Part shown: piece by piece, positions 1-9,913 of the stretch | Numbering within the stretch: the first letter of the stretch is position 1 | How the letters are laid out: each line of letters starts with the position of its first letter | Source of the DNA: an uncultured Planctomycetaceae bacterium | GTDB taxonomy: Bacteria > Planctomycetota > Planctomycetia > Planctomycetales > Planctomycetaceae | NCBI GenBank assembly: GCA_963815195.1 | Contig: CAWFGE010000015.1 | Coordinates: 96,001-160,000, forward strand | Length of the DNA: 64,000 nucleotides | Direction of reading: 5' to 3' | Notes under the pieces: model-generated | The model's database searches: none | What the model saw: the letters and a program-made list of their open reading frames with translations, nothing else | What the model was told of the DNA's origin: nothing | Translations under genes and position numbers: made by a program

Positions 1-74
1 TGCGCGGCCGCAAAGCCCGCTGCCCGCAATGCCAAACCAAATTTCGCCTGCCGGAATCGATCTGAGAATCCATG

Positions 75-130
75 AGCCCGAAGCGCAAACGAGGGAAGGA
101 TTCTAAAATCCCTCGCTTGCGCTTCGGGCT
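75..130. repeat. Palindromic REP-like hairpin / possible terminator
   Basis: agcccgaagcgcaaacgaggg...ccctcgcttgcgcttcgggct: 21-bp arms with 1 mismatch, just downstream of the ferredoxin gene. Confidence 0.7.
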
Positions 131-155
131 AATTCGGACAGACCGTAACGGGTTT

Positions 156-773
156 TCAGTCCAGGAAAATCCGCTGGTAACCTTCGTAGACGACATCCAA
201 CACGTCCCGGCCGCGGGGCGTCGTCTTGTAGCGGACGAAATCTTCGTTTCGCGCAGCTTCCTCGACGATGGCCACTTTCACGTCATCGTCGTAGAACCAG
301 ACCGGCGATTTCAGGTGCTCTAAAATCGCGTGCAGGTCTTCTTCGTGCGTCGGCAAAAACACCGTGCCGTCGAGGAAAAACTGGTAGCCGTATTCCTCCA
401 GCTTCGGCCAGGGCAAATCCCCGGCGTTCTCACCCTGGTAATAAGGCAAAAGCACCGACTCGTCGGGCTTTACATTCGGATTGTGCAGCATGTCGATCGC
501 GTTCCACGGGCAGATTTCCAGGTTGTAATGGTCCGTACTCTCTGTGGGGATGCGATAGCACAACTGGCAGCCGATGCACCGGGAGGTGTCCACCTGGTGG
601 AAACTCTCCGACGGAATAGGACTGGGCACCTCGTAAATACAGTCCACCGGGCACTGGGAGGCGCAGGCGTTGCATGAGGTGCAGTTGTCTTTATTGATGA
701 CCGCCAGATACCGCGTTTCCTTTTTGCGGTCGGATTTGCGGGTTTTGAAATACTCATCCACCGAGATGGTCAT
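156..773 (-). CDS. 4Fe-4S dicluster ferredoxin-like protein with C-terminal extension
   Basis: CTSCNACASQCP and CIGCQLC...CPW cluster motifs. Confidence 0.85.
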   Translation of the reverse strand: MTISVDEYFKTRKSDRKKETRYLAVINKDNCTSCNACASQCPVDCIYEVPSPIPSESFHQVDTSRCIGCQLCYRIPTESTDHYNLEICPWNAIDMLHNPNVKPDESVLLPYYQGENAGDLPWPKLEEYGYQFFLDGTVFLPTHEEDLHAILEHLKSPVWFYDDDVKVAIVEEAARNEDFVRYKTTPRGRDVLDVVYEGYQRIFLD

Positions 774-980
774 ATTTACCGCCCGTGGGAAGGGAATCCA
801 AAAAAACCTCTAAAACGTTCGCGTGTATTCTAGTGGTTCTTCCGAGGGAAAAAATGCAAAAACAACGGGGAAACGCGGAAATCCCAAAATCGAGAAATCT
901 TCCCGACGGATTCTTCGTCTCCGGTTCGCTCGCTCCCATTCTCCCCCGTTTCGTCCTTGGCGCCTTGGTGGGTGAACGAA

Positions 981-1448
981 TCAGTCGCCGGCGTTTTCGT
1001 TGGACTTGCTCGGAAATTGGAGCGGTTTGTGGCCGCCCTTGCGGCGGATCCAGTTGACGACCCGTTCCACGGCGGAGCGGTGCAGAATCCAGCATTCCAC
1101 TTCGCGTTTGCGGGGGAAATTGACCATCGACAGCCCCAGCACGATCGTCAGAATGCCCTGGCCTGGGAGAACCAGCATGGCAATCCCCCCCAAAATCAGC
1201 ACCGCTCCCAGCACGTTTTTCCCGATGAGAAACGCCCACCGCAGCACGGGATGCCGGTCTTTGAAATGGTCGCGGTGATGCCCGCGGACAAAATAATCCT
1301 CCGGCAACCGGGAAATGATGTAGGGGACGGCGAGCAAACTGATGATAAATGTCGCTACCGAAAGCCCGCCCAGCCACTCGACCAACTCCGAATGTTCATC
1401 AATCCAATACACTCGGAAGACCACCTTCAACAATTGCCAGCATCTCAA
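981..1448 (-). CDS. PGPGW-type small transmembrane protein
   Basis: Hydrophobic helices around GIAMLVLPGQGILTI; start codon uncertain. Confidence 0.7.
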   Translation of the reverse strand: MRCWQLLKVVFRVYWIDEHSELVEWLGGLSVATFIISLLAVPYIISRLPEDYFVRGHHRDHFKDRHPVLRWAFLIGKNVLGAVLILGGIAMLVLPGQGILTIVLGLSMVNFPRKREVECWILHRSAVERVVNWIRRKGGHKPLQFPSKSNENAGD

Positions 1449-1778
1449 AAATCGGCGGACCGGCCACGAGAACAGGCCCGCGATTCGGCCGCCCGCGCCC
1501 TCTCTGCAAAAGAGAGGGAACGAGGCAACACGGAAATCCTTTGGAGATTGTTCGCCAAAGGCCGCGGCCCTTCAAGGCCGAAAACGTGTTTCGGCGCACT
1601 GGATCACGGAGTCTCCCCAAGTCCCCGATGCGCTGTGTGGGAGATATTGAGACCCTCGCCGCTCGAGAACAAACTTCCCCACAATCAGCCGGAATGCGCT
1701 AGCGTCCGGTTGTTCCAGTGAACCGGAGCGAGCGCCCGCCGGCGAATGAATTGCCTTTGGCGGCACCCAGCGTTTGGG

Positions 1779-3080
1779 CTAAACAAAGGGCGTGATGCCG
1801 GGCATGGCGACGGGCGGGGTGGGCAGCTCGCCCCATTCGTATTTCTTGGGGGTCATGTCCAGTTTCGAGTTCATGGCCTGCTCCCAGGTGATTTCCTTCC
1901 CGGTGTAGGCGGCCATGCGGCCCATGACGGCCATCATCGTGCTTTTCGCCATGTAGTTGCCGTTGTTGATCGGATTCCCGCCGCGAATGCTCGCGAAGAA
2001 CTCGTCGTGCTCGTTCTGGTACATGTTGTCGCCGCGCTCTTTGCGGTGCTTCCAGGTCACGTTGCCTTTGTGGTCGAGCATCGCATGGGCAAACACGTCG
2101 GCCCGGCCTTTGGTGCCGACGATGTGATCGGAGACATCGACCGCGCAGCCGTCCTGCTGCCGGCAGCGGCTGAAGGCTTTGACGCCGTTCGCATATTCGA
2201 AAACGATGGCGAAGTGGTCGAAGATGTTGCCGTAGATGTCGTCCGTGCGGGTTTGCCGGCCGCCGGTGCCGCTGCAGGAGATGGGATATTCATCCTGCAT
2301 CGCCCAGGCCATTTTGTCGAGGCTGTGCACGTGCTGCTCGGCGATGAAATCTCCCGAGAGCCAGGTGTAATAGAGCCAGTTGCGAAGCTGGTACTCCATG
2401 TCGCTCCAACCGTCTTGCCGGGGGTGCTTCCACAGGCCGCGGGTGTTGTAGCTGCACTGCATGGTGACGATGTCGCCGACGGCCCCATCGTGGATTTGAT
2501 CGAAGGTGGCCTGCATGCCGTGGTGATACCGCCAGCACAGGCCGGAGACGATCGACAGGTTTTTCTTTTTGGCGATTTCGCAAGTGTCGAGGATCGATTT
2601 GACCCCCTTGGCATCCACCGCGACGGGTTTTTCCACGAAGACGTGTTTGCCGGCGTCGACCGCGGCTTTCAAATGAGCCGGGCGAAAATGCGGCGGCGTG
2701 GTCAAAAGCACCACATCGCAAATCTCAATCACATCTTTGTAAGCATTGAAGCCGACGAATTTGTGTTCCTCATCGACTTTGACCCGCGGCCCCACGGGAT
2801 TGTTCTTCAGATTGCGGAGACTGCTTTCCAAGCGGTCGGCAAACGCATCGCCCATCGCGACGAGTTCGGTGTTGGCGTCGGCGGTCAATGCCTGGGCCGC
2901 CGCCCCGGTTCCCCGGCCGCCGCACCCGATGAGGCCGACCTTCAGGGTATTGTTCTCCGCGGCATAAGCGCGCTGGGCCACGCCAAGCTGCGTCGCCATC
3001 GCGCCCAAGGTGATCGCGGAGCCGGTCTTGAGGAATTGCCTGCGGTCGGTGCCGGGGTTTGCGGGGGTGTTGTCAGCCAT
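1779..3080 (-). CDS. Gfo/Idh/MocA family oxidoreductase, Tat-exported
   Basis: DRRQFLK Tat motif, VGLIGCGGRG Rossmann motif, HVFVEKP. Confidence 0.92.
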   Translation of the reverse strand: MADNTPANPGTDRRQFLKTGSAITLGAMATQLGVAQRAYAAENNTLKVGLIGCGGRGTGAAAQALTADANTELVAMGDAFADRLESSLRNLKNNPVGPRVKVDEEHKFVGFNAYKDVIEICDVVLLTTPPHFRPAHLKAAVDAGKHVFVEKPVAVDAKGVKSILDTCEIAKKKNLSIVSGLCWRYHHGMQATFDQIHDGAVGDIVTMQCSYNTRGLWKHPRQDGWSDMEYQLRNWLYYTWLSGDFIAEQHVHSLDKMAWAMQDEYPISCSGTGGRQTRTDDIYGNIFDHFAIVFEYANGVKAFSRCRQQDGCAVDVSDHIVGTKGRADVFAHAMLDHKGNVTWKHRKERGDNMYQNEHDEFFASIRGGNPINNGNYMAKSTMMAVMGRMAAYTGKEITWEQAMNSKLDMTPKKYEWGELPTPPVAMPGITPFV

Positions 3081-3249
3081 GAGGCCTCTCCTCAATCAAT
3101 ATCAGGTGGGAAAAACGGTCCAAATCGATGCTTTATGGTAACAGAATCTCCCGCAATCGCGAGCGAACGGCGGAATCAGATCCTGCTCAGGCGTTCGGGG
3201 GATTGCGGGGGCCGGTTGGATGCCGGATAATTGTTTTGAGGAGAATTGG

Positions 3250-4065
3250 ATGTCGAACCTTGCCGCGATCACCTCGCTCCGCACGAATCGGCCGCTGCGA
3301 AATCTTGTGCTCGCGGGCGCCGGGCTCTTCGTCTGGTCGTTTTTATCGCTCGGGTTCGCTCTTGTCGCCGCCAGGGGAAATCTGGCCCAGATCAGCAGCG
3401 GACCGCCCTCGCGGTTTCAGGTGATGTCGGCCTATCTGGAACCCGTTTTGGGGGCCTTGTTTGCGGGAATGCTGGTCCGCGTCGCCCGGCAAGGCGGACA
3501 GACAATCTCGCGCCGGCGGTTTTGGGTCGGCTGCGTCGTGATCGCCGGGGCCGCGGTTTTGGATCTGAGCGTGACCTTTTATTTCAGCCCCGACCTCAAA
3601 AACGAAGGCAATCCCGTCGTCAGGGCCTTGCTCGATTCCGGGCATTCCCTGCCTTGGGTCGTGGCCCATATGCTGCTGACGACGCTGATGGTCGTGGCGA
3701 CGTTCTGCGCCTTCTGGCGAGCATTTTTGGCTCATCAGGCGTTTCTTTTGGAGACCATCCGCGAAGCGAAGCCCGCCAACTGGGTCGGCTTTCTGAAAGC
3801 CTCCACCGGCGGAGCGCATTTGACAACCCGCCAATGGATGTTTCCCTGCCGAGTCTCCGAACTGCCCCGGTTTTATCACGGCATTTGGATGGTGGGCATC
3901 GCGATCGTGTTCGGGATCACGCTGTTCCGGTATTACGTCTCCCTCGAATGGCTTGGCGTCTTTGAACCGGCTCTCTGGCCCCGCTGCATCGCCCTGTTCA
4001 CCGCCGTCACCGGCACGCTCATCCTGTATTTCGCCTGCCTGTTCCGCGATTACCGCACGGTTTGA
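3250..4065 (+). CDS. Multi-pass membrane protein, unknown function
   Basis: About 6 hydrophobic segments, NEGNP motif, GGAG RBS upstream of ATG 3250. Confidence 0.7.
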   Translation: MSNLAAITSLRTNRPLRNLVLAGAGLFVWSFLSLGFALVAARGNLAQISSGPPSRFQVMSAYLEPVLGALFAGMLVRVARQGGQTISRRRFWVGCVVIAGAAVLDLSVTFYFSPDLKNEGNPVVRALLDSGHSLPWVVAHMLLTTLMVVATFCAFWRAFLAHQAFLLETIREAKPANWVGFLKASTGGAHLTTRQWMFPCRVSELPRFYHGIWMVGIAIVFGITLFRYYVSLEWLGVFEPALWPRCIALFTAVTGTLILYFACLFRDYRTV

Positions 4066-4091
4066 ATTTCGAGGACAGAGGGCAGAAAAAC

Positions 4092-4185
4092 GCGGAGAGA
4101 TTTAGAGCGGAGAGTAAAGAGCCAAACCAATTTTCAGGCTCTCCGTCTCTCCGCTGGATTGGCTCTCCGCTCTCCGTCTCTCCGC
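4092..4185. repeat. Imperfect purine/pyrimidine inverted repeat between convergent genes (possible terminator)
   Basis: gcggagaga/gagcggagag versus ctctccgctct/tctctccgc. Confidence 0.45.
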
Positions 4186-7100
4186 TTACTTGCCTCCGTT
4201 CAATCGCGTGAGGTATTCCACGATGTCCAACAGCTCCGCGGGGGCGATGGAAAATGCCAGGCCTTCAGGCATCGAGCTGACTTTGCTGACGGCGCGCTGC
4301 TCGATGTCACCCGCCGGGATCTTGAGGAGCTTGCCGCCGGCGATGCGGAGCGTCAGTGTCTCCTTGGTGTCGGATTCCACAAAGCCGTCGTACACTTTGC
4401 CCTCGGCCGTCAGCACCCGCATCGTTTGATATTGCTTGGCGATGTCCTTGTTCGGTTCGAGGATGGAATAGATGATGTGCGCCCGCAGGTCCTGCGGTTT
4501 GATCTGCTTCTTGATTTGCGTCAAATCGGGGCCGAAATTGATGCCCCGATTCTCGATGCGATGGCACACCGAGCACACCCGGTCGAATACGACCTCCCCG
4601 TTCCGGGCTTTGCCTTTGAGATCGGCGAGAGCCTTCACCGCAACGTCGCGTTTGGTGGAATCCTGCTCGCCCGCGAGCACTTGCAGATGCGGAATCGCCT
4701 TCACGCTTGGCCCCAAAGCTTTCAGGAAGTTTTGGAAATACAACTGCTGAGGCGGCGGGACATCTTTGAGGAACTCCCCTTTGACGTGGCTGGGCAGCCA
4801 ATACGGGCGGAGGGCCAACAGGGCATGTTCGAGCGTGTAATCGATCCAGTAATCGGTCGGATAGTCCATCACGCGGAGGGCAAGCCGGGCTCCATCCGGC
4901 GATGCCAGATAACTCGCGCCGCGGACCGCTTCCAACCGCACGCGGGGATGTTGATCGCGAATCGCCTTGATGAGCATTTCAATGAGCGTACTACGGCTGT
5001 CGGCTTGGGGATTCTGCGTGCGGAGCGTATTTCCACCCAACGCCAGCCCGTTCGAAAGCACATGCACCGCCGCGGCACGGGCGTGGAAATCCTTCGCGGA
5101 GGTGAGCTTGCGAAGCAGGTTCTCATCGACGGCTTCAAAGCTCTCTTCCACCCACAAGGCTTCGCACAAATGGTGCTCGTACTGGCTATCGTTCGGATCA
5201 AGGCCTTTCACCCAGGCATCCACAGCGGCCAAAACCTGGTCGCGGTCCCGGTCGCGAAGTTCCCGGCGGGCGCGGTAACGGGTTCTCGGTTCGTAGGTTT
5301 TGAGTTGCTCCAAAAGCTCGGGAACCGATTTGCCGGCTTGGGTGATCGGTTCCAACAGCGGCTTGTTCTTATAGACCAGCCGATAGATCCGCCCGTGCCG
5401 ATGGTCGCGGTTGGGATCGCGCTGGGAATATTGCATGTGGCCGATCAAGGCGTTGCACCAGTCGCCGAACCATAAGGCTCCGTCCGGCCCGATTTTGGGA
5501 TCGACCGGGCGGAAGGTTTTGTCGTTGGAGACGAGGAGATCCGCGATCCGCTGTCCGGTGAAGCCCGCGCCTTCTTCTTCATCCTCGATCGTAAACCGGG
5601 GCATGCCGTTCATGTTGATCACGCAGGCATAGATGAATTGGCCCTGCACCTCATCCGGGAACTGCCGGGAGACGAGAAAATCATTGCCCACGGCGGGCCG
5701 CATGCCTTCGTTGTCGAAGATGGGTTTGAGCGTGCTGCGGGTTTCGGGGTCGGCTCCCGAAAGCGGGCTGGCCCAGTGCTGCTTGGCGTTCGTGCCGTCG
5801 CCTACGATGCCGTTGCCCCAATGATCGAACACAAAGCACCACGGGTTCCCGTAGCCGGGCGTTTTGAAGCGGCGGATTTTCAGCGACCGCGGATCGAACA
5901 CATAACAGCCGGCGGAGTTTCTATTGCGGAACGGCCCCCAGGGCGTTTCCAACGTCGTCGAAAGCGAAACGCCTTCCAGCATGTGAAGCAATCCGCCGTG
6001 CGACCATTCCCAGGCGCCCATCGTGTGGTGCGTGTCGTCCGTGGCGATGCCGTCGACGATCTGCGTCACCTCGTCGGCTTTGTCGTCGCCGTCCACGTCT
6101 TTGAGGAACAAAATCCGCGGCTCATCGACCACCAGGACGCCGCCGTTCCAGAATTCAAACCCCGTCGGGCAGATCAGCTTGTCGTAGAACACCTTCACTT
6201 TATCGGCTTTGCCGTCTTGGTTCGTGTCCTCGAAGATCAGCAAGCGGTCGTTGGGCCGGGGGTCGCCGGGCCGCCATTGGGGATAGTTGGGCATGCACGC
6301 CGCCCACAATCGGCCTTTGTTGTCGAAGTTGAGCTGGCAGGGATTGGCGAGCACGGGAAATTCCCGCTCGGACGCAAAGGCCTGGACTTCGAAGCCCTCC
6401 GGCACCTGCATGGTCTTGATGCACTCTTCCGGGCTGAGATAGCGGAGTTCCTTGGGTTCCGCGCGGGGAAAATGCCGGCCCAATCCGGTCGGCGGAACGA
6501 TCAACTCGCCGGTATTGCTGTCGTCCGGTTTGTTGGCGACGTTTTTGCCCTGGGCGATGTCCCACACGTAGCGGTCCCGCACCGCGGCCATTTTGCGGAT
6601 TTTCTTGTATTCGAGCGGGAAAGTTTCGGTGTCGTAAGTCCGCCGCCCGCCATAAACGTACCAGCCGTTGAGCATGCGGTAATCGTTCATGTGCACCCAG
6701 GACTTGTCGTTCACCGCGGCTCGGAGTTGCTCGTAATCGCTGCTGCCCACGTGGGCGGGATTTTTGCCGTCGAACAGGGCTTCATCCAGAAGTTGGGCCA
6801 GCAGCAAATCGCCCGACTCGTTCAAATGCACGCCGTCGATCGTGTATTGCAAACCGGGTTTCTCGTGGAAGGGGCCCTTGGTCGGAGCGAACACATCCAC
6901 GAACGGCAGATGGCGGTCCGCGGCGATTTCCTTGATGGCGGTCGTGTAGAGCGCGAGGTTGGCGTTTTCCTGTGTTCCGGCGGGCTGCAAGGGATTTCCC
7001 GAGGGCTCGAACGCGATCGGGGAAATCAGCACGAGCTGCGGGGCTTTTTTGTTTTCGGAAAATCGGCTCGTCAGGTCGTTCAAATATTGCCCGTAGCGCT

Positions 7101-7647
7101 GCTTGAAATAAGGCAGCTCTTTTTCGCCGGCGAACGACTCGTTAAAACCGAAGAAGCAAAAGAACATGTCCGGCGAGTAAATCGTGAGCGGGTCGTCGAG
7201 TTGGGTATAGCTGTTGGGCCGCTGCTGGTTGCCGACTTCATCCGCCGGCCAGCCGAAGTTGCGGATCTTGAGTTCCAACTGCGGAAACCGCGAATGCAGG
7301 AGGGTCTCGAAGTTGCCGAACAGATTCATCCGCTCGGCGAGCGAGTTCCCCACGAAGGCGATCCGCTGGTGCTTTTGCAAAATGAGGCGGGGCTCGGCCT
7401 GGGAATCGCTTTGGGCGGTTGTGGAGACAAACTGCAGACGCTCCAAGGCCGGTTCGTTCGGAGAGGTTTCCGACGGTGTAGACGTCGGCTCCACAGCCTG
7501 GGACGGGGGAGCGGCCGGCTGTCCGCCGCAACCGATCGCCAAGGCAACGAACCAGGGCAGAGACCATTTCCAGGCGGAGGTTTTCCGATGGGTTTGCGAG
7601 TGGGCGAGTTTCATAACAACCTTCTCGAAGGAACGACAATTGAACAT
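4186..7647 (-). CDS. PVC-type heme-binding CxxCH protein (SGNH domain + membrane-bound dehydrogenase propeller + HEAT + cytochrome c)
   Basis: FVGNSLAE and DGVHLN (SGNH), GPDGALWFGDW propeller, CSVCH...GPDLT, SSMPEGL; start may be 7614. Confidence 0.9.
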   Translation of the reverse strand: MFNCRSFEKVVMKLAHSQTHRKTSAWKWSLPWFVALAIGCGGQPAAPPSQAVEPTSTPSETSPNEPALERLQFVSTTAQSDSQAEPRLILQKHQRIAFVGNSLAERMNLFGNFETLLHSRFPQLELKIRNFGWPADEVGNQQRPNSYTQLDDPLTIYSPDMFFCFFGFNESFAGEKELPYFKQRYGQYLNDLTSRFSENKKAPQLVLISPIAFEPSGNPLQPAGTQENANLALYTTAIKEIAADRHLPFVDVFAPTKGPFHEKPGLQYTIDGVHLNESGDLLLAQLLDEALFDGKNPAHVGSSDYEQLRAAVNDKSWVHMNDYRMLNGWYVYGGRRTYDTETFPLEYKKIRKMAAVRDRYVWDIAQGKNVANKPDDSNTGELIVPPTGLGRHFPRAEPKELRYLSPEECIKTMQVPEGFEVQAFASEREFPVLANPCQLNFDNKGRLWAACMPNYPQWRPGDPRPNDRLLIFEDTNQDGKADKVKVFYDKLICPTGFEFWNGGVLVVDEPRILFLKDVDGDDKADEVTQIVDGIATDDTHHTMGAWEWSHGGLLHMLEGVSLSTTLETPWGPFRNRNSAGCYVFDPRSLKIRRFKTPGYGNPWCFVFDHWGNGIVGDGTNAKQHWASPLSGADPETRSTLKPIFDNEGMRPAVGNDFLVSRQFPDEVQGQFIYACVINMNGMPRFTIEDEEEGAGFTGQRIADLLVSNDKTFRPVDPKIGPDGALWFGDWCNALIGHMQYSQRDPNRDHRHGRIYRLVYKNKPLLEPITQAGKSVPELLEQLKTYEPRTRYRARRELRDRDRDQVLAAVDAWVKGLDPNDSQYEHHLCEALWVEESFEAVDENLLRKLTSAKDFHARAAAVHVLSNGLALGGNTLRTQNPQADSRSTLIEMLIKAIRDQHPRVRLEAVRGASYLASPDGARLALRVMDYPTDYWIDYTLEHALLALRPYWLPSHVKGEFLKDVPPPQQLYFQNFLKALGPSVKAIPHLQVLAGEQDSTKRDVAVKALADLKGKARNGEVVFDRVCSVCHRIENRGINFGPDLTQIKKQIKPQDLRAHIIYSILEPNKDIAKQYQTMRVLTAEGKVYDGFVESDTKETLTLRIAGGKLLKIPAGDIEQRAVSKVSSMPEGLAFSIAPAELLDIVEYLTRLNGGK

Positions 7648-7727
7648 GGACAGGCGGAATTGAGCGGAAGCTCAGGTGGCGGGCTTGTCGGCAGGTTCGG
7701 CGACGGGTCGCCATGTTCCACGGTATA

Positions 7728-7770
7728 AAAAAACGGAACCGAGCGAAAGCATACCGCCCGGTTCCGTTTT
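7728..7770 (-). terminator. Rho-independent terminator
   Basis: aaaacggaaccg...cggttccgtttt hairpin with T-run on the minus strand, after the Cys-rich gene. Confidence 0.65.
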
Positions 7771-7799
7771 GAGATGGGTCCCAGCCTGATCTCCTGAGA

Positions 7800-8402
7800 T
7801 TATGTCTCGACCCCTGGTTTTTTGGCTTCGGCGGGGTTGTTCGGTTGGTTTGGGGGATTGGGAGCCGGCTGGTTATTGCCGGGGGGCGCGATCTTTTCCG
7901 CACCATGTCCCGCCCCGCCATCGGGAACGGCTTCATATCCGCCCGCCGGGGCAGAACCGCCGACGCAGGACGAGCACGATCCGCCGGACATCACACGCAT
8001 CCCGCCACAGTAGCCGCCGTAGCAGTTGCCCCGGTTACCGCCGTAATAATAGACCTGGCCGCCGCAGGAATTTCCGTAATACGAGGTTCCGCAGGAGGAG
8101 GTTCCGCAGGAGGAGTACATCACGCGGCCGCCGCAGGAGTTGCCGCAGTTGGAATACTGCATGCCGCCACCGCAGTTGGAATACTGCATGCCGCCACCGC
8201 AGTTGGAATACCTCATCCCCCCGCCGTAGTTTGTGTATTGCATGCCACCGCAGTTGGAGTAGCTGACGTTGCCGCAGTAGCCCGTGCCATACGAGGAGGA
8301 GCCGGAGTAGCATGCGCCCCCCCGGCATTGGGCCTGCAATTGTCCGGGAGAGGCGAGCGCGAATGCCGCCGCCACGATCATGGAACTGAACAGATAGCGC
8401 AT
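7800..8402 (-). CDS. Secreted Cys/Gly/Tyr-rich repeat protein
   Basis: Signal peptide (MRYLFSSMIVAAAFALA...QA), tandem CGGGMQYSN repeats, Pro/Asn-rich tail. Confidence 0.75.
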   Translation of the reverse strand: MRYLFSSMIVAAAFALASPGQLQAQCRGGACYSGSSSYGTGYCGNVSYSNCGGMQYTNYGGGMRYSNCGGGMQYSNCGGGMQYSNCGNSCGGRVMYSSCGTSSCGTSYYGNSCGGQVYYYGGNRGNCYGGYCGGMRVMSGGSCSSCVGGSAPAGGYEAVPDGGAGHGAEKIAPPGNNQPAPNPPNQPNNPAEAKKPGVET

Positions 8403-8668
8403 TTTTTTGATCCTTTCGAGAATCCTTTGAGAACAGCTCAAGTGGAATGTGTCCCTAACTGTCCGACATGTTAGCTGGGGGGATTGGCCTGTAAAGGGAA
8501 ATCAGCGAAATTAGTATAAATGGAAGAAATGGGCGAAGTGTTAGGAATCGTACAGAATGGGCTGACTTTTCACGCTCTTCGGCTTCCGGGCGTGCTTGAC
8601 GGTGATTGGCCCGCGGGGTACGGTCGGTGAAAACCTCAAACGCGACTCGACGTTCCGGGAGAATCTTC

Positions 8669-9592
8669 ATGAAGCTGGGTTTTGTGTCCGCCATTTTGCC
8701 GGAATTGTCGCTCCGCGAGGTTCTGGAGACGGCCGCGGATTTGGGCTACGACTGCGTGGAAGTCATGTGCTGGCCGGTGGGTAAAGCGGAGCGGCGGTAT
8801 GCGGGCGTGACGCATATCGACGTGGACGAGCTTTCGGGCGATCTCGTTGGGGAGATTCAAAGCCTGACCGAAGAAACGGGCGTGAGCATCAGCGGGCTGG
8901 GCTATTATCCGAACCCGCTCTCGCCGGACGCCGAGGAATCCAAAAAAGCCGGGGAGCACATCCGCAAAGTTATCGCCGCGGCCGCGAAGCTGGGCGTCGG
9001 GCGGATGAACACGTTCATCGGCCGGGATTGGACGAGGTCGGTGGAGGACAATTGGCCCCGGTTCCGGGAGGTGTGGTCTCCCATTGTCGAACTGGCCGAC
9101 AGCGAAGGCGTGAAAATCGGCATCGAAAACTGTCCGATGTTCTTCACGAACGACGAATGGCCCGGCGGCAAAAACCTTGCCATCAGCCCCGCCATCTGGC
9201 GGCGGATGTTCGCGGACATCCCCAGCCCGAACTTCGGATTGAATTACGATCCCTCCCATATGGTCTGGCAGCACATGGATTACCTGGCCCCGCTTCGCGA
9301 GTTCGCCGGCCGCATCCACCACGCCCACGCCAAAGACGTGCGGATGGACTACCACCGGCTCAACGATGTGGGCATCCTCGCCAACCCGCTGGAATACCAC
9401 ACCCCCAAGCTGCCGGGCATGGGCGAAGTCGAGTGGGGCAAATTTATCTCCGTCCTGGGCGACGCCGGCTACCAAGGCCCGGTGTGCGTGGAAGTCGAAG
9501 ACCGGGCGTTTGAAGACACCCTCGAATCCCGCATCGCCTCGCTCCAACAGAGCGTGACCTATCTGCGAAATTTCATCCCCAAACGCGGATGA
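8669..9592 (+). CDS. Sugar phosphate isomerase/epimerase (xylose isomerase-like TIM barrel)
   Basis: [26 protein letters not shown] motifs. Confidence 0.9.
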   Translation: MKLGFVSAILPELSLREVLETAADLGYDCVEVMCWPVGKAERRYAGVTHIDVDELSGDLVGEIQSLTEETGVSISGLGYYPNPLSPDAEESKKAGEHIRKVIAAAAKLGVGRMNTFIGRDWTRSVEDNWPRFREVWSPIVELADSEGVKIGIENCPMFFTNDEWPGGKNLAISPAIWRRMFADIPSPNFGLNYDPSHMVWQHMDYLAPLREFAGRIHHAHAKDVRMDYHRLNDVGILANPLEYHTPKLPGMGEVEWGKFISVLGDAGYQGPVCVEVEDRAFEDTLESRIASLQQSVTYLRNFIPKRG

Positions 9593-9679
9593 CCTTCACC
9601 ACGGATGCGGAAGGGACCACGAAACACGCGAAAAAACTGGCAACGAGGAAAAAAGAAATGAACCTTCCTTTGTCTTCCA

Positions 9680-9868
9680 CCTCGTTCCCAAGCTCCGGCT
9701 TGGGAACGCACTCACGCGAAGCTCCGCTTCGCAACGCGTCGATCCCATCAACCCAGTTGCGAACGCTGGAAGGCGTCACCAATTGGGTGAGAGCCACCCG
9801 ATCCTTCGCACGCTGCCAAGCAGAGCTTGGCGACCAGTGCGTTCCCAAGCTGGAGCTTGGGAACGAGG
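9680..9868. repeat. REPIN/MITE-like element with palindromic terminal inverted repeats
   Basis: cctcgttcccaagctccggcttgggaacgcact at 9680-9712 and its reverse complement (1 mismatch) at 9836-9868; each arm is itself a hairpin. Confidence 0.8.
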
Positions 9869-9913
9869 AAAGAGACCACGAATAACACCGACACGACGGA
9901 TAGAAAGACCGCC

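Noticed and set aside
1746..7728. Long plus-strand ORFs 1746-3230, 4159-5475 and 5638-7728
   Set aside because: Antisense shadows of well-supported genes in high-GC DNA; the same applies to 12783-14306, 18472-19965 and 26521-28029
7800..8402. Cys-rich repeat protein as a RiPP precursor
   Set aside because: Sec-type signal peptide and no modifying enzymes or transporter nearby
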